Shown here piece after piece: positions 1-12,059 of a DNA stretch of 64,000 nt. The stretch is from positions 53,196,001 to 53,260,000 of the forward strand of contig NC_043000.1 of the NCBI RefSeq assembly GCF_006345805.1, in the 5' to 3' direction. A program made the translations under genes and the position numbers. Position 1 is the first letter of the stretch. The number at the start of each line of letters is the position of its first letter. The notes under the pieces are model-generated. The model had not been told where the DNA came from. It made no database searches and worked only from the letters and a program-made list of their open reading frames with translations. The DNA comes from Octopus sinensis. Taxonomy: Eukaryota.

Positions 1-269
1 ATCACTTATCTGCACTAAGTAATTTCATCGTTTTCTACCGTATTTATGTTTCTGATTTTCACTCTTTATCTGTTAGATAAGTGGTAATGAGTTGTTTAAT
101 TTAATTTTGGTTTCTAATTTCTCGACACTACATAATCCGCTACATTGATTCTTACTACATTTCTCAATCTCACTTTTTTTCTTCTTTACTGAATGGGAAA
201 TTGTCTCATGTTATACATCTTTTACAAAAGAAAAGTCAACAACAACCACGTTGTTGACAGTTCATTACC

Positions 270-490
270 TCCTGGCAGAACCGTTAGCACACCGGGCGAA
301 ATGCATAGTCGTATTTCGTCTGCCGTTCTGATTTCAAATTCCGCCGAGGTCAACTTTGCCTTTCATCCTTCCGGGTCGACAAATTAAGTACCAGTTACAC
401 ACTGGGGTCGATGTAATCGACTTAATTTGTTTCTCTGGCCTTGTTTGTCCCCTCTATGTTGAGCCCCTTGTGGGTAATAAAGAAACATAT
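270..490 (+). mobile_element. tRNA-derived SINE, type A (core GCCTTTCATCCTTTCGGGGTCGATAAA, Meta-domain-like)
   Basis: Head ctggcagaaccgttagcac...ttcaaattcc, core gcctttcatccttccgggtcgacaaattaagtacc, tail gccccttgtgggtaataaagaaa. About ten related copies in the window. Confidence 0.85.
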
Positions 491-570
491 ATATAAAGAA
501 ACATATATATATATATAACATATATATAAAGAAACATATATATATATAAAGAAACATATATATAAAGTTA
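477..570 (+). repeat. Tandem expansion of the SINE tail, (AAAGAAACATATATAT..)n
   Basis: Four copies of aaagaaacatatatat with variable TA length. Confidence 0.8.
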
Positions 571-974
571 TATATATATATTTTAAAGCGGTGTTTTTCC
601 ATTATTGAATGTCTTTTGACGACGGTTGTCGCTCTGACAGATATTGCTATATCCTGAAGTCGTCGATAGAATGCTTGGATCTGGTACTGTACGACCACCA
701 GCCATACGGTGTTATTATATTCAATGTTTGGACCGTTCTAAAGTCCACTCAGCATCACAGTATAATTACTATATCAGCAGAGACACGACTATCATCACAG
801 TCTACATGTACTCTTGACCTTCTGAGCTTCTTCTGTCGACTGGCTCTTGGTCTATTCATAATTGCTGGCAACTACCACTTATTACCGGGATGGTTATACA
901 GTTTCACTATACAACATCTCCCCTTTTAATTATTTCATTTAATAATTTTAATCACCCACATCCTCTTTATATAT

Positions 975-1445
975 ATATATATACACAATGTCTTTTCTTC
1001 TTAGGCACTACTATTAGGAATTCATTATTCTTTGTTTTCCTTGAACGTAAGATTTCGACTTCTTGTAACGGTGTTGGAACCTGAAAAGTGTCATATAGCC
1101 AATCCATCTGTATTTCTATTCTTGTTGCTTCCTTTTCTTTGACGTTTTTTCCTTAAGTTAATTTCTATCTCTGTATTCTATTCCATTTCTGCTTCTTACA
1201 CCGTACACCATTTTCCCAATGTATGCTACAATTTTTTCTTCCTCGTATTGCTTGCCATTTTTGTACATTCTTAGATATACCTTATCACTTATTCTAAAGA
1301 ATTTTGTCATGTTTTCATTAGCACGTATATTTTTCTTCACTGGTAACAGTTTATCGAATATTGACATCACCTTTCTGGCAAACATTAATTCTGCTGCTGA
1401 ACTTCCTTCTGGCGCATTTCGGAGTTACCCTTTATAAACTTAAGA
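975..1445 (-). mobile_element. Decayed Ty3/Gypsy pol fragment, integrase C-terminal region
   Basis: Minus strand with frameshifts reads YRVTP-NAPEGSSAAELMFARKVMSIFDKLLP...FRISDKVYLRMYKNGK...IGKMVYGV..., then WLYDTFQVPTP...VPKKKRH. This matches the end of Gypsy integrases. Confidence 0.7.
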
Positions 1446-1499
1446 ACTGTTGGATCGCGACCTTATCTGTGGCTTCGTTATTAGCTTATTTTAAAACTC

Positions 1500-1945
1500 T
1501 GTTAAAAGTGTCAACGGATCATTCAGCTCGCGGAATGTGATTCCAAGATTTCTCCTCACATCTGCACGCATATCTGCGATGTCTTTCTCAGTTCTGCTTG
1601 ATGCTGGTCTCCCAGAATGTTCGTCAATATCGACATTTTTTCGGCCATCTTGGAAACGTCTGAATTACTCGTACACTTGTGTGCAGCTCATACACTCCTC
1701 TCTATATACTTTCTGCAACATAGCGTAGGTCTCTGAGAAGGTATCATGGTCAATGTGACGATCATTCGCTACACACCTTCCTTCCAAGCACTGCTGGGAA
1801 CAGCGGAATTGAGCAAAAAAGTTAGAACTTAGTGCACATACACTGCAGTGTTTGTTGTAAATCTTTGCCGAGCGACGTCACTCTCTGACATTTAGCTTTG
1901 TTACTATGGCAACAGTCCGGATACTTATTGATCAGACTTCGAATA
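1500..1945 (-). mobile_element. mariner transposon 5' remnant (TIR plus N-terminal HTH of the transposase)
   Basis: Minus strand reads TFSETYAMLQKVYREECMSCTQVYE*FRRFQDGRKNVDIDEHSGRPASSRTEKDIADMRADVRRN. TIR-like tattcgaagtctgatcaataagtatccggac at about 1915-1945. Confidence 0.85.
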
Positions 1946-2363
1946 TATATATACGTGTGTACATACATATTTAGGCGTGCGTTCATGTGCGTGAGCGCAC
2001 GCTGGTTTGTGTGCGTGTGTATATGCGTGTGTGTAGCTTGGTGACGTATATATATTTCTGTGTATACCTCAATGAAGATTCATTATTCCTTTGACGTTGA
2101 TGAAAGGAAGGAAAATAATAGTGATTGATATTTTGCGCCCATGTGCTTCAAAGATTCAGAGAGAATGGAATGTGTAGAGAAATAAAAAAGAAACACGTGA
2201 GTAATAAAAAAACAAGCGTCGTAATTTTCAGAAAATCAGTAGGTTTAATAACCGGGTGTGATGGAGCGGAAAAATCTCTCATAAAATTGAATCGGGCTCC
2301 CTCGTAACGTAACAACCATACATAATGTAATACGTACACAGACACTCACATGAACATATACAT

Positions 2364-2414
2364 GTGTGTATTCCTGGATGCTTATATGTATGCATATTAA
2401 TATGTATATATATT

Positions 2415-2471
<57 letters not shown>

Positions 2472-2570
2472 ATGTGTGTATGTATGTATATATATATATA
2501 TATGTTTATATATACATATATATATATGTATATATATGGAGATATATGGATATATATATATATATACTTG
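2364..2570. repeat. Compound (TA)n/(TG)n microsatellite
   Basis: Direct reading of the sequence. Confidence 0.95.
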
Positions 2571-3479
2571 TATTTATAGTTATTTAAGTGTGAGTGGGGG
2601 ACAGGCGTCTGCGTATTATATTACAAAACTACAGTTAGAATATACACAATCAATTCAATTTAACTTAAGTGAAACTGATATATTCCAATCGTAAACAAAT
2701 CTTGTAGCTCATAGGAGGAAATTAGAAGTATAAAAAAAACAACGAATAGGAATTTGAAAGAAAACACAAATAACATAACCTTAAAGACCAAAAAGTGAAA
2801 ATAGTTTAAAAATTGCTACTGGCAAGACTTGACAAATTTGTATTTTAGAACTTATTGTTGTTTTTTGAAAATGAAATGATACTGACATGGCGTGTATCAC
2901 GATAATAGGTTGTTACTTATATAGTATCACAAAATAAATGAGTATCTTACACGCTTCTATAAATATCTCCAGATTTACTTCTGTATTCAAGTGAATTAAT
3001 GATGAGTGGTATTTTCTTACAACGCACTGTTTACATTTCATTTGTATAAGGAAGAAAACATAGGAATCTGCTGTGATAAACAAATGTTAACTCATACGTA
3101 AATAGCAATAGACGAAAACAAATACAAGTTAAATATCGACATTTTTCTTTCTACTTGCTTTTCTTTGTAAAGTACCTCAGAACGTTCCGTGGAAATGCAA
3201 AAAAATATATATATAAATAAATAAATAAAATATCAGGGGAATAAACTTTCGATTTCTCACCTGATTGATATTTTTTTTTTATCCTATAGAGATATACTTG
3301 AATTATTTTTTTTCTTTTTATCGTCTTCAGCTGTTGACTGCAGCTATCTGCGGACACTGACATCTTGCTTTAAAACAGGAAACAATACACGTACTAAACA
3401 CAGCGTTTAATAGACTTAGAAAAACTTAACTCACAATCTCACTCGTTTTTACTCTGTCAGAAATCGACATCAGCAATCA

Positions 3480-3690
<211 letters not shown>

Positions 3691-4289
3691 TATTTACCTC
3701 GACTATTGGTTAATTAAAAACTATTGCGTCTACTTTTAGTTAGTCAGAATACATATAAACAACGCGAATAGCGAACTACGCTTCCCTAGTATGTATGCAA
3801 GTACTTATGCACATATATATGTGTGCGTGTATGTGTGTGTGTATTTCCTTCAGCCATATCCAAGTAAATGGAATACTGAACCCAGTGATGCAACTCATTG
3901 TGTTGTTACCCAGATCCAACAATGCTACTTCAAAGACTTTTGGCAATATCCAGGTGCATCACACCACTTTCGTTCCTGTCACCGCCTCCTTGGCCATGGG
4001 AAATTTTTGTGTATCAATAGAGAGCTTTGTCGGCTTTATATTTATGACATATAGATACAGACACATGCACATACACATAAGAAGCGGGACTGAGAAATTC
4101 ATAGGGTGATTACGAAGGAGTTATTCTGGACCTGTGAAAGACTGCCTGCAATAATTTCAAATCTTATTTTTATCGGTATTGTTTGTCAAAGTAAACCGAT
4201 ATCTGACTGTTGAAACAAGGGTCCAGAAGTAACTAGTAACGACTACCCTAAAAAATGGACAAAACTTAGCATTGTTGTGTTATGAAATA

Positions 4290-4460
4290 CCTCGATTAAA
4301 TCGACCCCGGTGCTCAACTGGTATTTATTTTATTGACCTCGAAAGAGTGTTAAGCAAAATCGACCATGCCGGAATTTGAACTCAGAACTTGACGACAGAC
4401 GAAATGCTGCTTATCATTTCGCCCTGCGCGTCAGCGGTTCCCCCTCAACCGTTCGCCTTA
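4290..4460 (-). mobile_element. Old type-A SINE fragment
   Basis: atcgaccccggtgctcaactggtatttattttattgacctcgaaag...ggaatttgaactcagaac is the reverse complement of the type-A core and head. Confidence 0.75.
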
Positions 4461-4489
4461 AAAAGATATACTAATATAAATTATATAAT

Positions 4490-4710
4490 GAGAGCGACGA
4501 GCTGACACAATCGTTAGTACACTGGGCTTAGTTGCATTCTGTGCGGCTTTACCTTCTGAGTTCAAATTCCACTGAGGTCGACTTCGCCTTTCATCTTTTC
4601 GGGGTCGATAAAAAGTGCACCTGTAGAGCTCTAGAGTTCATCTAATCGACTTAGCCCCTTGCACGAACTTGCTTGTCTTGTACCAAAATTCGAAATCAAT
4701 ATTAATAATA
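4490..4710 (+). mobile_element. Old type-A SINE
   Basis: ttctgagttcaaattccactgaggtcgacttcgcctttcatcttttcggggtcgataaaaag. Confidence 0.8.
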
Positions 4711-5179
4711 TGATTGTGTTAAAACGTAATGTTTGTAAATACGATGTGTAAATTACAGCACTCAAACTAATTATTCCGCATGTCGGACATAATGATATAT
4801 ACTCAGCTAAAATAGTAATGTGAGCTGTGTATAATAGTTGAAGGACTCCAAAAATTCAGGAAAACTATATTTTTTAGCTTTAGCGCATACAAAATACATT
4901 GACATATTTTGCCTAATTATCTTTTGGCCAATAAAATCTTATTCCTTTTGTTGTGTAGTAAAATTCATAAGTGTTATGATAATGTTTGTGCTCAGGATTG
5001 AGTGATTGAATTAGTGGTCTGTGATAGTCACGTAAAATTCTCATTCTCTTAACAGGTGAATGAACGCTCTATAATTCAGCTACAATTAGGTAAGTAAAAT
5101 TAAATTATAATATCGAGCCGTTAAATGTTACAGTAGATTGCTATCATCGGTTTAAAATTATGACACAAGGCCAGCAAAA

Positions 5180-5365
5180 TTTTGGAGTTGGGTAAGTCGA
5201 TTACATCGACCCCCGTGCTCATCTCGAACTTATTTTATCGACACAGAAATGATGAAAAGTATAGTCGACCTCGGTGGAATTTGAACTGTGATCGTAAAGC
5301 TGCACGAAATGCTGCTAAGCACTATGCCCAGCATACTAACGAATTTTCCATCTCGCCGCCTTATA
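5180..5365 (-). mobile_element. Old type-A SINE
   Basis: aagtcgattacatcgacccc...gtcgacctcggtggaatttgaact...ctcgccgcctt. Confidence 0.8.
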
Positions 5366-6529
5366 GATTACTAATATCAGCTGCATAAACACATACATTG
5401 GAGATTCTTATAACAAGAAGTTTCGATGAATAAGGTATTTATATAAAGAAAGAGTTATGACTAACCATCAACATTTATTGACGCCACAAACAATGTTGTA
5501 AGGTGAGAGTTAAACTGAAAATAAACTTATTCAATTATCGGATATTGGTCTCACGTGGGATTGTGAAAGTAGATTGGGAATATGATGTTACGGTATTTCA
5601 CATTCTGTTGGACATTACGCCTTTTATCAATAAAATCTTACGGTAAATTGACTAATTTTACTGAGATATTACTTTGAAGTATTTATTTGAAGTAAAGCAT
5701 TATGAAGTTGAACCATATATACCAATATTTTCTGGATTGTAATTCTTCCTGAAATTTAGTTACTCTGGTATTGTTACTGCTTCGCTACGTGAACGAGTAT
5801 ACTATTGATTAATGTCATTCCAGGCGAAACCATTTTGTTATTTAATGTGACATATAACTTGATGGAATTCGGAGCATATTACTAACAGGTACAAAATTAA
5901 ATAGAGATTCCTTTGTTACTGTTTCGATGATGAAATTTCAGATGTTCGATCAACTGAACTATCTGCACGCGAATTAAAGTGTAAGAGACAGAATATTAGG
6001 CAGACCCTTAATTTCCAGGCCATATCAACATGATATCAACACGAACCATACTGGAAATTAGAATTGCTTTTGTTTTTTGTCCAAAAGATTTTCACATAAT
6101 TTCTGTCTACCCCTTTTTCAGTTAATGAACATGGCTCAACTAAAATCCTTGGGAGAATACGTACCTAAGATTCAATGTATACACCTTGTGTGTGATGCTA
6201 ACTGATGGTATATTAAAGACTATTATGTTTTATAGCTACTCTCCTTTCAAATTGTCACCCAATTGAAATAGCTCCTATAAAAAGGTTATCTACCTCGTTA
6301 ACTTTCTATGATTTTTAGCTTAAACACCCGTGAAATAACGCTGTCAACATAGACTAATGTAAGATCCGTTGTGTCTGTGTGCGTGTGTCTTCTAGGATCT
6401 CGGGCATCCTCCATCCGATTGTGCTCAAATTTGATATGTAGACACTGACGATTTCAGGGCGTGTATAAGTCTTGAACAAATTATAAAAATCGATTCCAGA
6501 TGAGAAGCCGTGGAAACGTGTATTTGTAC

Positions 6530-6839
6530 TGATAAGAGCGATGTCGTCAGCAAAGTCAGTGTCTGTCAAGTACTCAGCTGGGTGTCTGGAACTTCTTCTT
6601 GGTTTTATTTCAAGGCCCTTGCCAGAGATGTTATCAACTGACATACGTAGCACATAATCAACAACAATTATGAAAAGAAATGGAGCGAGTGTGTCTCCCT
6701 GCAGTATTCCGGCTTTGATTGAGAAAGATGATGTTTCTCCGTCAGGGGTTAAGATGGTTGAAGACGTATCTGTGTAGAGGACCTTGATGGCAGAAATGAT
6801 TTTGTCTCGTATCCCATAGAGCTTAAGGATTTCAATGAG
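6530..6839 (-). mobile_element. RTE-clade LINE, inverted 5' segment encoding RT motifs 4-5
   Basis: Stop-free frame LIEILKLYGIRDKIISAIKVLY...GILQGDTLAPFLFIIVVDYVLR...DTDFADDIALIS. It ends exactly at the left TSD (tgtatttgtac, 6519-6529). Confidence 0.9.
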
Positions 6840-7499
6840 GCCAAGACTGAATACATAAATAAGTGCCTGTCCAACAGTGATTGTATCATCCATACTCTCA
6901 ACAATGCGCCCTTAAATATGGTTTCTGATTACAAATATCTTGGGTCATACATATCATCATCTGGAAAAGACTTTCTAACTAGAAAGGGTATGGCCGGGTC
7001 AGCCTGTAATGACATGCATAAGATCTGGTCATCAAATCTAAGTAGAGAGTTCAAACTTGAAATCTTCAAAGCCACAGTCGAACCAATTCTACTATATGGC
7101 TCAGAAACCTGGACGTTATCAAAGAAGCTTGAGAGGTGGTTGGATGGAACCTACACTCGCCTCCTTATGAGAGCTCAAAATCTCTCGTGGAAGCGCCATC
7201 CAACCAAAATGCAAATATATGGGAAACTACCACCTGTGTCATCTCTTGTGAAAGGTAAGAGAGTCCAGTTTGCTGGACATTGTTGTAGAGCTGAAAAAGA
7301 GGTAATTTCTACTCTTCTCCTCTGGAAGCCATCTACTCGCAAAACCAGAAGGCGCACACTCTCCTACCCTGATGTAATCTCCAGGGATACAGGCATCAAG
7401 CAACAGGACCTCCGTAAAGCCATGATGGACCGTGAAGTCTGGCGTAGCATGGTAAATTCCATTTTCTCGACCACGGTCGAACAATGATGATGATGATGA
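6834..7499 (+). mobile_element. RTE-clade LINE, forward 3' segment (RT thumb, C-terminus and (GAT)n tail)
   Basis: Stop-free frame NEAKTEYINK...MVSDYKYLGSYI...VEPILLYGSETWTL...FAGHCCR...DREVWR..VEQ* (6834-7487), then a (GAT)n tail and the right TSD tgtatttgtac at 7500-7510. Confidence 0.92.
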
Positions 7500-10400
7500 T
7501 GTATTTGTACGCGTGAGTACATCAGCTGTTGCGATCGATACTACGCGTAGGCGAAAAATGCACGTGCTGGCTTGAAATAATGCAATATATTTAAGAGACA
7601 AAAAAAAAGTAAGATGCGAAAGAGATATTTTCTTCAAACGTTCCTTTTCTTCCAAGCTTACTATTTAAACCACGTTTGTGTTCTGCCAGTCAACAGCCTT
7701 ATCATTACTTGTACTTTAAACTCTTCAGTTGAATATTTGTGTGAATAAAATCGTTTTTCTTTGGAATAGAAAAAATGTCTATCTTTATTTCTTCTTTTAC
7801 TGGTGTCTCAAATTTAGGTTAAATCAGTATTTCTCAGAGGGGAGGCCTATAGGACGGTCGGACATGTTGTTTTGAGAAACTTTAGCTTAAATGTTTGACA
7901 ACTCAGCACCGTCCATTGGACGGGGGGCTTTTTGCTCGTCCTACATAGGTATAGTAACTTTCATAGGAAAAATGTTTTGCCATATATATATATACATATA
8001 TATCACTAAATTATCTTTTCTTTTAGATACTTTTTATTTGTTTCTTTAAATTTGTAAACAGTATTTATATTATGAGGTAAACGTGTTTTGTTTTCGCAAC
8101 GGGTATCTTTCCAATTATTAGTAGTCAATTATAGTACATCTAATGTCACGTCATCAATTTGGTTTTCCCTTTTTCAAATCATTAAGCATAGTTTGAGTAA
8201 ATTTATGCCTGCATTGTTGTGATGAAAATTATCAGATTGACAGGGACAAAGATGTGTCAGGTAAATGATATGTTTTGTGATATATAAAAGCATATCGTGC
8301 TCCTGAATTGATATGATGGAACTGATCTTCAAAATAAGGTAAGATTTTTGCAATTATTTTAAAAAGATATTTTAGTAATAATAAACCAATAGATTTTGGC
8401 TAACTGGATGACAGTCGTCAAAGAATTCATGTTTTAGTTTTAAACAAAAAAAAGAAAAAAATTTGAGAAGTAATTTTTAGTAGTCAAACAAAATAAGATC
8501 ATATTAGAAAACCGAAAATTACTTTTACAAACGTTACCCAATCTGTGACCTTTGTCAGGCTAGACGAGTGCGCTTGATCAGAAAAACAAATATTTGGCTA
8601 ACATTTTTAGCCCGGAGTGACTTGCATTTTTTTAAGCAAAATTTAGCCTAACTGAGATAAGTTAATAGTACAGATTAATATAAATAAAAAATATTGATGT
8701 TTCTGGGATCACCATTGTTAAAAATCATATTGAAACAAGAGAAATATTATATGTTCATACTTTCTAATAATTTCTCAAAATACAACCCCGCCACCCTTTC
8801 TTTTGTTGCAAGGATATTTGATTTTCTATACCTAAGGAAGAAATTTCAATTGAAGCAAATGTTCTTGGCATCAATCACAGATTGTGTAAAAGTGTGGGTG
8901 CAGAAAGTATGCTCTCGGCGTCCAGTTATTCCGTTCATTAATATAACAGCAGTATGATATGGAAGTCAATGCCAAGAGCAAAAATCCACAAATCAAATAC
9001 AAATTGTGTAATTAAAAACAAACAAGTTATCGGAATAACTTATGCTTTCAGTCACAACACGTGGAAAGTTAGATTTTTTTTTAATTATCAAAATACGCTT
9101 GTGAAGCGCGTAACTATAGACAAATAGAACTTTAGAGCGTTAAATAACACATTCTGAAAAAGTAAACATGGTTTGGTCCCATCGTAGACAACTATGACAT
9201 TAGTAATAATAATCCTGGCATTAAAACATGTTAAATATACAACGCAATGGTCGATGTCTACGAGCAAGTCTTCACTTATTTTTGACACTATCGAGAAACA
9301 CATTTCTGATTAAAGATTAATCGAAGGTAGTTAGCGGAGATACACTTTCTTATTTATACAATGTCTTTCTCTCGCGCACTCATTCTCTGAATAACAGGAA
9401 GTTATGGGAATACCATTAATTTCCTGGGGTCTAAACATCAGTGAGGTGCATATGTACTTCAAACATGGAAATAGCTCTGAAATGCCCGTGGAGTTAGTTC
9501 GATGAAACCTTCTAGGAAATTCTTAAAGAGCATATCTTTTAGTCGTGTACTAACTGTTGTTTATGCAAAGCTGCTTAGTTCTGAATTTGTTATTTCTTTT
9601 AATGAATTTCTATTAAAGTGCTCATAAACTTCCCAAAAGCATTTTCCTAAATTATACCCTACTAATTCTGAGTTATTAGATTAGTTTTGTTTAATATTGT
9701 ACAAATTGCTACTGGCCAAGTATCGAAAATTGTTTTTCACAATCTACTGTCTACATTATACGTGGACTCTGGTTGATCGTGCTGCGCTGATGATGCTCAG
9801 TACATAGGAACCATGATTAACAGTGGTCAAATTTTCCTTTACGCATGAGAAATTTTGTTGGAAATCTTTTTGTTTTTTGTTATTGTACTTATCCTGAAGA
9901 GGCAAATGATTTGATTTGGATTCTATTATATCCAATCAAGATGAAAAGAACTGACGCAGTTTCAGGAATAATAGCAAACTGCATGTAACATAATATGTAA
10001 TCTATGATACGATTCTGAATCCTATTTGTTAAACACTCCCTTTGATTCTCTTTCGGCAAAATCAATGAGTATTTAATATCATTGATTCTAATCTATTCCT
10101 AAGGCTTCGATTCTTTAAAGAAATTACGTGTAAGACGTGTTTATTATTTACTGTGATAAGGCGTTGAATAGAGAATCAATTAGATGGCAGAATGAGATTA
10201 AGTTACCTTCCCCGCAGTTCTCTGCCTAGCTTCTGTACGATATCGTTTTGGTTTTAAATACGCGCATCATTGACGTCGATTGAATCAAGTGTGCCCAGGT
10301 CATATAGAATTGTGGTGTTGTGCAAATCCATTATCGCTTATATTATTAAATGTTTTTCTAGCATGGCGGATTAAAATAATCACTAGAGCATCGAGCTAAA

Positions 10401-11324
10401 CGATCTGTGATATTTGTTCCGGATCTCGACTACCTGAGTTCTGATCGTACCGAAATTAACTTTATTTTCATTATTCTATGTTTGATAAAATAAACATGTT
10501 CCGGGCCAATTTAATTCGACTAACTACTCCTGAAATGTATTACGCTGTCTTTGTTAGGAAATAAATACATGCATGTCGAGATATAGCTTCAGAGGTATTA
10601 TTTCTATTACACTTATTACGATGGAATGTAATTAATTTCAGATCTTCAGTAAATTCAAACAATGCTTCAGCTTGCTGAAAATGATAATGTTTGCATAAGT
10701 AAATGTCAATGCATTCTGTCAATATGATTTATAACAGCTGTTTTGTCTCTAACTTAGAATGAAGTATAACAAGATATTTTCACTGAAATAATGCTATTTT
10801 CTTAATATAAGTTATATTTACATTTAAGCGTATAATATGGAATTTAGACATTTAAAAGTACACATATTTGAAATGACCGAGTCGGAGAAATGTATGAAAG
10901 TTGATATCCTGACTTTTAAGTGAAAAACCAAGAAGCATAGTTATGTACTATTGGCTACTATATGTATTATACAGAGAAGTATGTGTGTGAGTATAGTTTT
11001 GTGTGTGTGTTTGTGTGCATGTGTGTATATGTGTCGTACGTCTGTAAAAAACGATGAGTCGGTGTGTATATAAATGTCTCCAGGTACAAGTGTAGAAAGT
11101 GTACAGACATAATCAAATTATTTGCAACGCTACATATGAATGTAAATGCAAGCTTACTCATAGGATCTCCAAGTACTCTGGTTGGCTTCAAGAATTTGTA
11201 AGCTTATACAATCTAATATTTTAGAACTGAGCGTTCTCACTAAATTTCAATGAAGCATATAACAATTCCTACTTCTACTATTACCCCTTATATTATCATT
11301 AGTTCAATTTTAAATCTTATTGCT

Positions 11325-11520
11325 AATGAAGTCAGCTGGCATACTCTTTAGCATGCTGGGAAAAATGCTAACCGGTAGTCCAAATTCTACCAAGGTCAAC
11401 TTTGCCTTGTGTCCTGTCGAGATCTATGAAATAAGTGCCAGTAGAACACTGAGATCGATGTAATCGATGGGTCTTCTGGCCCAAAATTTTAAGCCTTGTG
11501 CCTATAGTAAAAAGGATTAC
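11325..11520 (+). mobile_element. Old type-A SINE
   Basis: aagtcagctggcatactcttagcatgctggg...ggtcaactttgccttgtgtcctgtcgagatctatgaaataagtgccag. Confidence 0.7.
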
Positions 11521-11529
11521 TATTATTAT

Positions 11530-11930
11530 TGAGGCAGCTTGCTGGTAGAATCGTTATTACGCAGGGCAAAATGCTAAACGGCATTTCGTCTGTCGTTACG
11601 TTCTGAGTTTAAATTCCACCGAGGTCGACTTTGCCTTTCATCCTTTCGGGGTCGATAAAAAAAGTACCAGTTACGCACTGGGATCGATATAATCGACTGA
11701 ATCCGTGTGTCTGTCCTTGTTTGTTGTCTCTGTGTTTAGCCCTTGTGGGTAGTAAAGAAATAGGTATTTCTTCAGTCTTAATGTTCTGAGTTCAAATTTT
11801 GCCGAGGTCAAATTTGCCTTTCATCCTTTCGGACTCGAAAAGATAAGCACCAGTTAAGCCCCGGTTTCAATGTAACCGACTTAGGCCCTACTCAGAAATT
11901 GCTGACATACAGCCAAAATTTTAAACTACT
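11530..11930 (+). mobile_element. Type-A SINE dimer or nested pair
   Basis: A full monomer ends gtagtaaagaaata and is followed directly by ggtatttcttcagtc...ttctgagttcaaatt, a second core. Confidence 0.8.
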
Positions 11931-11935
11931 ACAAC

Positions 11936-11999
<64 letters not shown>

Positions 12000-12059
12000 G
12001 AATCAGGATTGATCTTATTCCTAGTAGAGTTTATATGGGCAGCGGATTAGTTCTTGAAA

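Noticed and set aside
2364-2694. ORFs rich in Y/I/C/V/H/T here and at 26694-27954, 42574-42817, 53491-54828, 59071-59502 and 60286-60855
   Set aside because: They are translations of (TA)n, (TG)n and (CA)n microsatellites with no coding signature.
6354-6893. The 179-aa minus-strand ORF as a standalone reverse transcriptase gene
   Set aside because: Only 6530-6839 is RT. The first ~18 codons are antisense of the forward segment and the last ~58 are read-through into flanking DNA.
8694-8957. 87-aa ORF, and other 60-110 aa ORFs in unique AT-rich DNA (13-16 kb, 36-38 kb, 56-58 kb, 60-62 kb)
   Set aside because: Their length and composition (F/I/L/K/Y-rich) are as expected by chance, with no recognisable domain.
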